Shown: positions 42,982 through 52,789, counted from the stretch's first letter. The stretch: DNA of 64,000 nucleotides from Candidatus Sumerlaeales bacterium (GCA_038243585.1 JBBSQY010000015.1:1-64000), one strand, 5' to 3'. The notes: generated from the letters alone by a model not told the origin. Translations and numbers: made by a program.

Positions 42982-43870
42982 GCCGTGGGTTTAAGGCGTC
43001 CTGCAGGCTGTCGCCCAGGAGATTGAACCCCAGCACCGTGAACGCCAGAGCCACTGCCGGAAAAACAGCGGCCCACCATTCGGTCGGGAAATTGGATCGA
43101 CTCAGGCCCATGTAGATCATCGTTCCCCAGCTCAGACTGTCTGGATCTCCAAGGCCGAGAAAGCTGAGAGACGCTTCGCCCATAATAGCGCCCGCTATGC
43201 CCATTGCAAACCAGATAATTACCGGCGCGATGCAGTTTGGCAGGATATGGCGAAGAATTATACTTGTGTGTCCGGCACCCAGAGCCGTGGCCGCTTTTAC
43301 ATATTCGAGGTCACGAGTCGTAAGGACCTGAGCCCGGGTTAGCCGGCAGATACTTGGCCAAAAGGTAAAACCCAACACAGCCGCTATATGCCAAAGGGTT
43401 GGCTTTTGGATAATAGAGACAACGGCCAACGCCAGGATAAGAAAAGGAAACGCCAACAGCACGTCTACCACTCGCATAATTACAGAGTCCACAATGCCGC
43501 CCACGTAACCGGCAAGACAGCCAAGGGCAGTCCCGATTATAGAGGCTATGGTGACGACGGCGAGACCGACCAGGAGAGACGTCCGCGCGCCATAGATGAC
43601 GCGGCTCAAGACATCTCGTCCGCGCACATCCCGCCCCAGAACACTATCGGGTTTGAGAGTCCTTTCCTGATCCTGTCGGGCGTCCAGCCAGCGCGGCGCT
43701 TCATTCATTCTACTACGATTTACCGCATCCGGATCATTAGGGGCCAGCCAGGGCGCGAAGCAGGCTAAAATCAATATAATCGATACAACAGCAGCCCCCA
43801 GAAGCGCAGAAGGTTCCTTTTTCAGTCTTATAAAAAGAGCAGTTGGGTGAAAGGGGGAATGGGTCGCCAC
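42971..43870 (-). CDS. Peptide/nickel ABC transporter permease (OppC/DppC family)
   Basis: LGRD..GRDVLSRVIYGAR, EAA-like YVKAATALGA, HILPN, FNLLGD.LQDALNP. Confidence 0.92.
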   Translation of the reverse strand: MATHSPFHPTALFIRLKKEPSALLGAAVVSIILILACFAPWLAPNDPDAVNRSRMNEAPRWLDARQDQERTLKPDSVLGRDVRGRDVLSRVIYGARTSLLVGLAVVTIASIIGTALGCLAGYVGGIVDSVIMRVVDVLLAFPFLILALAVVSIIQKPTLWHIAAVLGFTFWPSICRLTRAQVLTTRDLEYVKAATALGAGHTSIILRHILPNCIAPVIIWFAMGIAGAIMGEASLSFLGLGDPDSLSWGTMIYMGLSRSNFPTEWWAAVFPAVALAFTVLGFNLLGDSLQDALNPRLRK

Positions 43871-43872
43871 TG

Positions 43873-45405
43873 TTACTGGTTCTGCGGAAAACTGTCAAGT
43901 ATCAGGGGGATGGCATCGGCCACTTCACTGGCAAGTACACCCCTTGATCCAAACAAAGCTGCGCAACGGCTTCCCGCCGCGAGATGCACAAAGGCCCCCA
44001 TCACCGCCGCCTGCCACATGGGCAGGCCTTGGGCGTAAAGGGATGCGATTACTCCGGTAAGAACGTCTCCCGTGCCGCCCTTCGCCAAAGCGGGCTCCGC
44101 TCCGGGGATTAGCCAGGTCTGGCCATCGGGACGCGCTACCAGCGTTCCAGCCCCCTTCAGCAGGACTGTCACCTGGTGGGTCTGGGCGAAAGTCCGAACA
44201 ACGCCCACCCGATCCGCCTGGACCTGCTTTACTGTCAATCCGGTGAGCCGTGCCATCTCGCCGGGATGGGGCGTCAGAAGAACTTCTTCGCGACCCTTTA
44301 ACAGATCAAGCATACCATCGGAAAGTATATTGAGAGCATCTGCGTCCAGCACGAGTGGCTCTGACCAAACTGAGAGGACCTTCTTTAAAAATTGTTTTGT
44401 TTCCAGGGCTGTGCCAAGTCCCGGGCCCATGGTTAAGACCGTGTGATCTTTCCGGCTCGCGGCAAAATGTTTACCCGACGCTTCATCGAAGTATCCATAC
44501 TTACCGCCATCCAGGATGATGGACGTCGCTTCCGGGAGGGCGGTTTTGTAGATGGCGTTGGTTTCCGCCACGGTGTAAATCGAGGCAAGACCGCAACCAG
44601 TTCGCAGGGCCGCCCGCGCCACCAGCAAGGTGGCACCGGCATAGGCTGTAGCGCTGCCGATGATGCCCACATTCCCGTAGGTTCCCTTGTTGCTGTCAGG
44701 CGGCCGGGGATTTAGCCAGCTGGCCAGTTCGGCTCCCTGCGCCCAATTCAGCAGCCACTCGCTGGATTCCAGCAGGACCTTCGGAAAGTTTATAGGCAGC
44801 ACGATAACCCGACCGGCGAAATCAGAGCCGGGCAGTGTTAACAGGATTGTCTTTGGCAAGCCAATGGTGACCGTCAAGGCTGCGTTGATGACATCACCAG
44901 GTTCTTCTTGAGGACGCAATTCCCGAAGCCCCGAGGGCACGTCTATCGAGACAATCTCTTTGCCGAAGGCATTAACCTCTCGAATGACTGCGGCATAATC
45001 GCCACGGGCTGGGCCTGTTATTCCAGTACCCAACAAGGCGTCGACGATAACGTCAACCTTGGACAGCGAGATTGTCAGTTTGGATCGTTTGACGGTAGGG
45101 ATTTTGGTTTTTGAAAGTAACTTCCAAGCTTTGTCCGCTGCCCCCGAGTAGGCACTTGGCGATTCAAGGCAGACCACAGTTACACTAAGGCCCATCTCGT
45201 GGAGTACCCGCGCAACTACAAAGCCGTCTCCGGCGTTGTTGCCTTTGCCACATAAAACACAAACGGACTCTGGCTGATAAGTCTTTAAAATGGTTTCCGC
45301 GATGGCACGGCCAGCCTCGGCCATTAAATCGTAAGCGTCAAGTCCATGCTGGGTTTGCGCCATTTCATCGATGCGGCGCATCTCTGCTACTGAGACGAGT
45401 TTCAA
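43873..45405 (-). CDS. nnr: Bifunctional NAD(P)H-hydrate epimerase/dehydratase
   Basis: CGKGNNAGDG, DALLGTG, DVPSG, KGTYG, DADAL, TPHPGE, GGTGDVL. Confidence 0.94.
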   Translation of the reverse strand: MKLVSVAEMRRIDEMAQTQHGLDAYDLMAEAGRAIAETILKTYQPESVCVLCGKGNNAGDGFVVARVLHEMGLSVTVVCLESPSAYSGAADKAWKLLSKTKIPTVKRSKLTISLSKVDVIVDALLGTGITGPARGDYAAVIREVNAFGKEIVSIDVPSGLRELRPQEEPGDVINAALTVTIGLPKTILLTLPGSDFAGRVIVLPINFPKVLLESSEWLLNWAQGAELASWLNPRPPDSNKGTYGNVGIIGSATAYAGATLLVARAALRTGCGLASIYTVAETNAIYKTALPEATSIILDGGKYGYFDEASGKHFAASRKDHTVLTMGPGLGTALETKQFLKKVLSVWSEPLVLDADALNILSDGMLDLLKGREEVLLTPHPGEMARLTGLTVKQVQADRVGVVRTFAQTHQVTVLLKGAGTLVARPDGQTWLIPGAEPALAKGGTGDVLTGVIASLYAQGLPMWQAAVMGAFVHLAAGSRCAALFGSRGVLASEVADAIPLILDSFPQNQ

Positions 45406-45408
45406 GCT

Positions 45409-46251
45409 TCAGGCACTCTGCACGGCTTTTCCGCTGAGGACTTCATTCATACTACCAGTGCGGTAGCCTATCATGTCTACTGTAACGTAAGGAAAACCAA
45501 TATCGCGGAGCTTCTGAGTAACCGTTACGTTCAGGCCACCATCAAACAGACGCGGCAGCTCCGTAGGGAGTAATTCGATCCGGGCAAGATTTTCATGGTG
45601 ACGAACGCGAAGCTGAGTGAAACCAAGGGATCGCAGGTAATCTTCAGCGGCAGCAACGCGGTCGATCCCTTCTCGGGTGATTTGTTTTCCATAAGGGAAG
45701 CGAGAAGACAGGCACGCGCCGCTGGGCTTGTCCCAGTTAGGCAGGTCATAGGCTTCGCGGGCGATTTCGCGCACTTCCGGCTTAGTTATCTCGCATATTA
45801 ATAGCGGGGCAAAAGTCCCTTGTTGAGACGCAGCCTGCATTCCAGGACGGTAATCGCCCAGATCATCATAGTTGGTTCCCTCCACTACGCAGGAGAAACC
45901 CCACTCTTTTGAGAGGTCGGCGAGACGTCCGTAAAGCTCATGTTTACAAAAAAAGCACCGATTGATCGGATTTTCCGCGTAGTTGGGGATTGCCAGTTCG
46001 CTGTATTCGATAGTGCGGTGATTCCATCCGCGGCGGCGGGCCAGGTCGCAGATAAACGAGAACTCATCCGGCGTCAGCGTTTCGCTTTTAGCGGTAACGG
46101 CCATCGCGTTATCATAGCCCAGCACGTCGTGGGCCACAGCCATGCAAAGAGTAGAATCCACACCGCCAGACAGCGCAATCAGCGCGCGTCCTTTTTCGCG
46201 AAAGGAGGCCTTGAGGCGCTCAAGCTTTTCCTGGGTTTCCGGTAGCATCAT
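45409..46251 (-). CDS. larE: ATP-dependent sulfur transferase LarE
   Basis: PP-loop SGGVDS, RCFFCK, DYRPG, KP..ACLSSRFPYG, RVRHH, GYRTGSMN. Confidence 0.9.
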   Translation of the reverse strand: MMLPETQEKLERLKASFREKGRALIALSGGVDSTLCMAVAHDVLGYDNAMAVTAKSETLTPDEFSFICDLARRRGWNHRTIEYSELAIPNYAENPINRCFFCKHELYGRLADLSKEWGFSCVVEGTNYDDLGDYRPGMQAASQQGTFAPLLICEITKPEVREIAREAYDLPNWDKPSGACLSSRFPYGKQITREGIDRVAAAEDYLRSLGFTQLRVRHHENLARIELLPTELPRLFDGGLNVTVTQKLRDIGFPYVTVDMIGYRTGSMNEVLSGKAVQSA

Positions 46252-46349
46252 GTTATAACTATAGTGGGTTGGGCGGCGGAAATTTTGGAGGTTAGGCGCC
46301 TCCGAGTTAAAGCATCATGGAATGGCCCATTAGAGCCAAATCCATGCGC

Positions 46350-47504
46350 TTATGCAGAGAGTTTTTGCCAGGCTTCGTAGCCACCTTCCACGTTAACAGG
46401 ATTCTCGAACCCGCGGCTTCTTAAGATAGCGCAAGCGCGGGAACTGCGTCCGCCTTTTTGACAATGGACAAAGATTTCACGCTCTTTAAGGTCTTCCATG
46501 TCCATTAAGAACTTTGGCAGTTCCTGCAACGGCATCAGCTGCGCTCCAGGAATGGCGCCCAACTGATTTTCATCGGCGTTGCGCACGTCCAGAATGACGA
46601 GATCTTCGCCGGCATCAATGCGTTTTTTCAACTCTTCTACGGTGATTTGTGACATGACGGGTCTCTCTTCATCTTGTGATAGTGTAGCGCCTGGGGATCC
46701 GGCGTTGCAGAAGTGTTCATAATCTATCAGTTCACGGATAGAGGGGGCATCCCCACATACAGGGCAATCGTGATTTTTTCGAACAGCAATTGAGCGAAAT
46801 GTCATGCGGGCGGCATCATAGAGCAGAAGGCGCCCGGCAAGGGTTTCGCCGTGGCCGAGCAAAATTTTAATGGCTTCCGTGGCCTGGATCATGCCCATCA
46901 TTCCGGGCAGTATCCCCAGCACTCCGCCCTCCGCGCAGGTGGGCACGGCACCGGGGGGCGGCGGTTCGGGAAACAGGCATCGATAGCAGGGTCCGCCCTG
47001 AGGCCCAGCGGGCCAGAACACGGCGGCCTGGCCCTCAAACCCCTGAACGCAGGCGAAGATATTTGGTTTTCCGGCCAGAACACACGCGTCGTTCGTAAGA
47101 TAGCGGGTGGGAAAGTTGTCGCTGCCGTCGATGAGGATGTCAAAATCCGAAAGAATGTCCATGGCATTACTGCTGGAAAGGCGCGTCTTCAGGGGGATAA
47201 CTTTGACGTCAGGATTCAGGTCCGCAATGGCGGCATGGGCACTTTCAATTTTTAACATGCCGGCGCGGCGGGTGGTATGCACCACCTGCCGCTGCAGATT
47301 CGACATTTCCACATGATCCATATCGACTATACCGATAGTCCCAACGCCTGCGGCGGCCAGATAGAGCAGGGCAGGACTGCCAAGACCGCCGGCCCCGACG
47401 ACCAGGACCCGCCCGCGCAACAGCTTCTCCTGACCGGCAACACCTATCGCTTCGAGGCTGAGGTGGCGGGCATAACGCTGCTGTTGATCCGTGGTTAAGG
47501 ACAT
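46350..47504 (-). CDS. moeB: MoeB/ThiF adenylyltransferase fused to rhodanese (MoeZ type)
   Basis: RYARH, GAGGLGSP, SNLQRQ, CYRC and CPVC Zn sites, rhodanese HCQKGGRS. Confidence 0.92.
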   Translation of the reverse strand: MSLTTDQQQRYARHLSLEAIGVAGQEKLLRGRVLVVGAGGLGSPALLYLAAAGVGTIGIVDMDHVEMSNLQRQVVHTTRRAGMLKIESAHAAIADLNPDVKVIPLKTRLSSSNAMDILSDFDILIDGSDNFPTRYLTNDACVLAGKPNIFACVQGFEGQAAVFWPAGPQGGPCYRCLFPEPPPPGAVPTCAEGGVLGILPGMMGMIQATEAIKILLGHGETLAGRLLLYDAARMTFRSIAVRKNHDCPVCGDAPSIRELIDYEHFCNAGSPGATLSQDEERPVMSQITVEELKKRIDAGEDLVILDVRNADENQLGAIPGAQLMPLQELPKFLMDMEDLKEREIFVHCQKGGRSSRACAILRSRGFENPVNVEGGYEAWQKLSA

Positions 47505-47553
47505 GGGTTTATTTATGCCAATGAGCAGAGAGAAATTTTGGCGTAAGCAAAAC

Positions 47554-48774
47554 TCATGGATACATGAGGTATTTCTGCCGCACTTCCTGGAACTTCTTTA
47601 AGCCCGGTTCCCATGACTTGACTATGGCGTCGGCTTCTTCGGTTTTAATACGTTCTCTCAGATTCGGAGTCGCCATAAGAGTTTCCGAATAGTCGGTCAT
47701 TTTCACCTGGTCAGGGTACCGCTTCACCACGGTTTGCATCATGTGAATGCCGGTGCGCACTGGCTCAAAAATTTCGCGGTCCGTTACCGTTATGAACACC
47801 CCTCCGCACTTCTCCCCTTTATAGCGACGGGAGTCCGGCGTGTACGTGATTCCCTTGAATTCGACGCCTGGCAGGTTCCGATCATTCAGATCTTTCGCCC
47901 AGGCATTACCATCGATAAAAGGCGCACCCAGCATCTCAAAAGGAGCCGTGGTACCACGACCTTCGTTCATGTTGGAGCCTTCAAATATACAGGTGCCAGG
48001 ATATACTGTAGCGCAGGTCAGCGTACGCATATTCGGAGATGGCGGAATGAACTCGCGGCCCGTCTCGTCCAGCCACTGGTCACGAGACCATTCAGGAATT
48101 TTGATTACGTGAAGGTCAACTTTGGGATTCATGTATTCCTGATTCCACATGGTAGCGATCTCGCCGATTGTCATGCCATGGCGGGTAGCGACACCAAACG
48201 GAGCCCCTTCCCCGAGCCGACCTACCAGACCGAGGTCTTTTTCGTTAACCGCACCCTCCACGTGAAAACCGGTAATGGGGTTTGGGCGATCAATAATGAC
48301 GAAGGGTTTGCCGTTTTTTGCGCAGGATTCCATTGCGTGGGTCATCGTCCATGTGTAGGTATAGAATCTGGCACCCACGTCGGGAATATCGAAGACAAAC
48401 AGATCCACATCTTTCAACTGCTCGTCGGTGGGCGCTTTCCGCTTACCGTAAAGAGAGTAAACAGGTACGCTGGTTTGAGCATCGATGCCGTCATCGGTTT
48501 TGTGTCCGTCTGCCAGATCTCCGCGAAAGCCGTGTTCCGGACCGAAAAAGGCAGAAACCGTGGTGCCTTCAACGGACAGCAGATAGTCCATGTCGTGTTG
48601 CCCGGCAGCGTTTCGAGCGGATCCATTGGTCAGCACACCGAGGCGTTTCCCTTTGGCCATAGCGGAAAGCTCATCTAACTGAACGTGAACGGCATCTTTT
48701 GCGGAGGCCGCAGAAAGGTGAAGAACTATCATGCCGACAAGCAAAAACGATGGAGTCATTTTTAAGGTTTTCAA
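47554..48774 (-). CDS. namZ: Exo-beta-N-acetylmuramidase NamZ (DUF1343)
   Basis: GPEHGFRG, D.GARFYTY, DRPNP, RHGMTIGE, PSPN, EGRGT..PFE; signal peptide; TTG start after AGGAG. Confidence 0.88.
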   Translation of the reverse strand: MKTLKMTPSFLLVGMIVLHLSAASAKDAVHVQLDELSAMAKGKRLGVLTNGSARNAAGQHDMDYLLSVEGTTVSAFFGPEHGFRGDLADGHKTDDGIDAQTSVPVYSLYGKRKAPTDEQLKDVDLFVFDIPDVGARFYTYTWTMTHAMESCAKNGKPFVIIDRPNPITGFHVEGAVNEKDLGLVGRLGEGAPFGVATRHGMTIGEIATMWNQEYMNPKVDLHVIKIPEWSRDQWLDETGREFIPPSPNMRTLTCATVYPGTCIFEGSNMNEGRGTTAPFEMLGAPFIDGNAWAKDLNDRNLPGVEFKGITYTPDSRRYKGEKCGGVFITVTDREIFEPVRTGIHMMQTVVKRYPDQVKMTDYSETLMATPNLRERIKTEEADAIVKSWEPGLKKFQEVRQKYLMYP

Positions 48775-48941
48775 AGTGCTCTCCTAAAAGTTAATCAAAA
48801 TTTGCAGCCAAAGGATTCCAGCCACTATAAGGCAAAGTGACGAGGGAACGTAGATGCAAAGGAAAACGCATGAAAGTGTTGCGGACGGCGCAACTCAGAA
48901 TAATAATAGGGCTTTTCGCGAGCCTCTCCTATCCGAGCCGC

Positions 48942-48971
48942 AGTGGGCAGCTCAGCGAGCCATCCATTACC
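48942..48971 (-). repeat. Degenerate REP-like copy
   Basis: agtgggcagctcagcgagccatccattacc aligns with the unit at 49280-49308. Confidence 0.5.
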
Positions 48972-48987
48972 TTACTGAAAAGACGTT

Positions 48988-49167
48988 TTAGGTTAATCGA
49001 CGGATTCCTATATGGGATAAGGCTGAGCGGCGATTTGCGGTTTTCGAGGTTTTTATGCCGCTCATGCCCGTGGGTGCTGGTTGCGCGACGGTTTTTGCAC
49101 CATTTTCACTAAATTTATTTTTTGCTGTCTTAAAGTTCCTGGGAGAGCGTTCCGGGGATGTGGCCAT
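48988..49167 (-). CDS. Putative 59-aa basic small protein
   Basis: ATG 49167 preceded by GGAG; MATSPERSPRNFKTAKNK...HIGIRRLT; fills an otherwise empty spacer. Confidence 0.4.
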   Translation of the reverse strand: MATSPERSPRNFKTAKNKFSENGAKTVAQPAPTGMSGIKTSKTANRRSALSHIGIRRLT

Positions 49168-49278
49168 TGTAATTGTTCTCCGTTTCTGGAATGGTTGCAT
49201 TTAGGGGAAACAATAGGTGGCGAAATGGAGAGGGGAATTCCCGCATGGGTACTTAAATGAGATTTTGAAGGGATTGGC

Positions 49279-49427
49279 GAGCGGACGGCTCGGCGAGCCA
49301 TCCCTACCCATGTATAACGCTGCAAGGAGGGATCCGGGAGCAGACGGTTCGACGAGCCACCCCTACCCATGTATAAGGCTGCAAAGAGGGATCCCGGGAG
49401 CGGACGGTTCGACGAGCCACCCCTACC
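49279..49427 (-). repeat. Tandem array of three GTAG-type REP-like palindromes (59-60 bp period)
   Basis: Units at 49279, 49338 and 49398; minus strand GGTAGGGATGGCTCGCCGAGCCGTCCGC forms a hairpin after GTAG; the two spacers are near-identical. Confidence 0.85.
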
Positions 49428-49438
49428 TGCTTTTGATT

Positions 49439-51850
49439 TTACGGAACCAGTGTGAAGCCGACCACGCTATACGGTTCCTGATCTGTGCTTATAATCCAGC
49501 GTGCGGTGGCAGTGGCGGGGCGGGGGCCGCTGGTGCTATCGTTACTTTCCAGCGCGTCTTGCTCTTTTTGCGTAAGCCGATTGGTTGACACCAGTTCAAA
49601 AGCGCTACTGCCGACTGTGACCTGATCAACTATAGAATCCAGCTGGGCCAAATTGTTCCTGTTCATGCCAGGAACAAATCCTGTTATAAACTCGCTGACG
49701 TTTACAAATGGCGCGCTGCCCTGTTGAGCCTGACGCAGGCGGTAGCCTTCAAACTGTTCGATCATCGCGGCGGTTGCGCCCTGCGCTGTCCCTGCCTGGG
49801 CGGCTCCATTAAGGTTCAGGCCAACCAGAGCGTACTTTGCACAGGTGTTAAGGTTCAACTTACCGTAGGAATATACAGTAGGCACGGTCGACTTCTCGTC
49901 TTCCTTACTGTTGTTTCGGCTATTAGCTGAGTTGTTCTGATTTCGTTCGCGCAAGCGTTCCATTTTATCCCGAAATGCCTGAGAAGCGCTTTTGCCGCTG
50001 GAAGCACGACCGCCCCGCTGGTCGTTTCGGGTAGTTGAAGTACTGTTGTCCGTTAAGGCTGTATCCTCGTGAAAACGCGTAGCTGTAAATACATCAATCA
50101 GACGCAGGTCCAGGTTATCGGGGAACGGGTCAGCGGCGGTTTTGGATGAAGCATCAAAATTTTCCGGCATCTGAAGCTCTGCCATCTGAGACGCGTGTAC
50201 TTTTTCGCCCCCACTTATAGCCGCTTCGGGATTTTTTTCGACAAACCCTGTGCTGAGAGCAAACAGTTGAGAAACCTTCGTCATGGTAGTATTGCCATTT
50301 TCCCAAGCCTTTGTCGCGGCGGCTCTGGCCTCACTGTTGCCCGCGCCACTGCTCGCTGGAGCAAAAGCTGTCGCCTGTGCAGTGATATCGCCGCGCACCA
50401 TCGGATCGGGCCGCTGGAAACTCACTTTGCCATCTACCTGCCCGGTCGTTGTATAGGCAAAAACATCGGCTAATTCGCCATCCGGGTTATACAAGCTAAC
50501 GCGGCTGTTACGGTCGGTCAGGTCCAGTGTAGGCTGTGTCATTACCTGGTTGGCTGATCCGTCGGCCGTCGTTCCAAACAGCGAGACCAGCGAGCCATGC
50601 CCCGGCGGAGAATCCGGTTTAGGTTTGTCATAGTTGTCGGTAATTACCAGGTAGCCCCCCGGCGGCAGTTGTGCCGTGAGTTGTATAGTTGCGCCGCTTC
50701 CCGTACGAAGAGTCCAGCCAGACAGATTAATGGCGCGATTCCAGGGATTTACCAGCTCAACAAACTGTCCGTCGTCATCAAATGCGACCGAAGTGGCAGA
50801 GTCTGGATACACCTCCGAAATGAACGGGGTCATCTCTACGCCAATAGTGACGTTTGATCCGGGCTCCCCCCCCATGGTTGAAGAAACGCTGTTCCCGCTG
50901 GAGTCCAGCACGGTCGGCTCATTGTCTTCATCGGAAAAGTCTGCAACGTTCGCGGCAAACTGAAGAAGCAGTTCGTTATTTTTCTCTGGAAAGGCCAGGC
51001 GTAGCGTGTCGTAGACGTGTTTTGTGTCAATAAAATCCAGAGGAATTTTCGGCACGTGAGTACCCTTATTTCCGTTAAAAACTTCGGGTGCCTGGCTGAA
51101 CACAGTGACGAATTTCGAAAGCTTTTGGATTTCCGGCTCTGAAAACAGCGGCTGGCCGGACACCAGGTCAATACGCAGGCGAACCAGGTTATCCAGCATT
51201 TGCGCATTTGGCTTGCGCGGGTCCAAATCTGCCGGTGCGTCATCCGCGCGGAATCCACGGCCAGAGGGATTCGTTACTGGAGCATCGCCCCGCAGTGTCA
51301 TGAGCGCTGCGGATTTCTTTACCGAGTCAGTTTCAGGCAAAATGGCGTTTACCACACGCTGCATGGCCGCCTGATCTTCAATAGCATTTAAGTTAAGAAG
51401 ACCGCTGAGGTCGCGCATTTGTATATTTGCCTGCGGCCCGCCCGTAACTTCTCCCGAGGAAGACTGTTGCGTTCCAATTCCTGCCTGGCGCAGCGCGGCT
51501 GTCTCAGCAGGAGACATATTGGCGGATTTCCCATCAGCGCGAGACATTTTTTGCAGAGCTTGCGGCACGGTGTTCCAGTTTTGCAGAGTTGTGGTAATGC
51601 CCTGGGAAGCGTCTACAAGCATGGGCATCGCCATCGGGAGGCCAGTGGCCGCAGCCGTACGAGCCTGGGCCAGCTCCGCATAATTGAAACTTGCCTGAGA
51701 TTCAAGCCGGGTACTATAGGAAAAAGCGATCCCAAGTAGTAGCAAAATGGACAGCATAGCCAGAACCAGCAGTATTGTGGAGCCACGGCGTGGGCTGGAT
51801 GCCGCTTGCGCTATTGCGCCTGGGTTTGTCTTTTTAAAGTGTCGGTTCAT
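49439..51850 (-). CDS. GspK/PilX-like minor pseudopilin with inserted lamin-tail domain
   Basis: Prepilin-type RRG/STILLVLAML without Glu+5; DLSGLLNLN and GKLNLNT GspK-like motifs; PFISEVYPD..GQFVELVNP..INLSGWTL lamin-tail motif. Confidence 0.7.
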   Translation of the reverse strand: MNRHFKKTNPGAIAQAASSPRRGSTILLVLAMLSILLLLGIAFSYSTRLESQASFNYAELAQARTAAATGLPMAMPMLVDASQGITTTLQNWNTVPQALQKMSRADGKSANMSPAETAALRQAGIGTQQSSSGEVTGGPQANIQMRDLSGLLNLNAIEDQAAMQRVVNAILPETDSVKKSAALMTLRGDAPVTNPSGRGFRADDAPADLDPRKPNAQMLDNLVRLRIDLVSGQPLFSEPEIQKLSKFVTVFSQAPEVFNGNKGTHVPKIPLDFIDTKHVYDTLRLAFPEKNNELLLQFAANVADFSDEDNEPTVLDSSGNSVSSTMGGEPGSNVTIGVEMTPFISEVYPDSATSVAFDDDGQFVELVNPWNRAINLSGWTLRTGSGATIQLTAQLPPGGYLVITDNYDKPKPDSPPGHGSLVSLFGTTADGSANQVMTQPTLDLTDRNSRVSLYNPDGELADVFAYTTTGQVDGKVSFQRPDPMVRGDITAQATAFAPASSGAGNSEARAAATKAWENGNTTMTKVSQLFALSTGFVEKNPEAAISGGEKVHASQMAELQMPENFDASSKTAADPFPDNLDLRLIDVFTATRFHEDTALTDNSTSTTRNDQRGGRASSGKSASQAFRDKMERLRERNQNNSANSRNNSKEDEKSTVPTVYSYGKLNLNTCAKYALVGLNLNGAAQAGTAQGATAAMIEQFEGYRLRQAQQGSAPFVNVSEFITGFVPGMNRNNLAQLDSIVDQVTVGSSAFELVSTNRLTQKEQDALESNDSTSGPRPATATARWIISTDQEPYSVVGFTLVP

Positions 51851-52048
51851 ATTTATCGATCATTTTATAGAAATTTCATCCACGTTATGTTACTGCCCAG
51901 TTTATAACACTGGGGCTCAACTGTAAACTGTTGGAACTCCCGGCAATAAAAATAGCTATTGAAAGCAGAAAAGCGCAATTGCCATAACCAACTCGCTTTA
52001 ACGACTTTCATCTTGCCACCATATTTCAATAATGAAACGATTTCTCCT

Positions 52049-52789
52049 GTGAACCTTGAAGAATATCATAAAATGCACGCCTTGGAAACTCAGTACTGGT
52101 GGTTTCAGGGGCGCCGCAGAGTGATTCTTGATACAATTCAGAAACACTGTGCGCCGGTTGAAGGCAACAGACCTGTCATCCTTGATATCGGGTGCGGCAC
52201 CGGCATGATGCTGGAAGACCTGCAAAAAATGGGTGCAGCAACAGGGCTGGACTTTAGCATGGTCGCGCTGGAGTATTGTAAAAACCGCGGAATCAATAAT
52301 CTTGGCAGAGCTGACGTAAGGCACATTCCGGTAAAGGACAACAGCGTCGATATTATCACGGCCCTGGATCTGATTGAGCATATCGAAGATGATCATGGCC
52401 TGATGGACGAGTTTCACCGGGTGCTCAAGCCGGGCGGGGTTGCCATTATGTCTGTCCCTGCCCACAAGAAGCTTTGGAGCGGACACGATGTGGCTCTACA
52501 TCATTTCCGTCGTTACGAGAAAGCGGAGTTTCGCCAGTTGGTGGAAGGTGCCGGACTCAAACCGCGCAAGTATTCTTATGGAATGGCCACGGCGTATGTG
52601 CCCGCGGTCCTAATTCGGAATTACAAAAAGATGCGCGGGCAGAGTGGCGCGAATCAGTCTACGGACGAATTCCCCATACCGGCCTGGTTGAACGGCCTGT
52701 TGCGTAAGTCGGTGGAAGTGGAATCAGCCTGGCTGAAACGGTGGGATCTTCCCATAGGGTTATCGCTGTTGTGTGTGGCTCAGAAGTAG
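52049..52789 (+). CDS. Class I SAM-dependent methyltransferase
   Basis: YWWF.GRR, LDIGCGTG, LDLIEHI, WSGHD...HFRRY; probable GTG start (frame open from 51959). Confidence 0.88.
   Translation: MNLEEYHKMHALETQYWWFQGRRRVILDTIQKHCAPVEGNRPVILDIGCGTGMMLEDLQKMGAATGLDFSMVALEYCKNRGINNLGRADVRHIPVKDNSVDIITALDLIEHIEDDHGLMDEFHRVLKPGGVAIMSVPAHKKLWSGHDVALHHFRRYEKAEFRQLVEGAGLKPRKYSYGMATAYVPAVLIRNYKKMRGQSGANQSTDEFPIPAWLNGLLRKSVEVESAWLKRWDLPIGLSLLCVAQK

Noticed and set aside
47734..48678. 314-aa ORF antisense to namZ
   Set aside because: Lies wholly within a well-supported gene on the other strand and shows no protein motifs.
49279..49427. Possible mini CRISPR array (29-bp palindromic repeats, about 30-bp spacers)
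   Set aside because: The two spacers are nearly identical, the repeats diverge from each other and end in a REP-type CTACC, and there are no cas genes in the window.
49062..49588. ORFs 49062..49370 and 49217..49588 spanning the repeat
   Set aside because: Their repeated peptides are translations of the DNA repeat, and one overlaps the pseudopilin gene.
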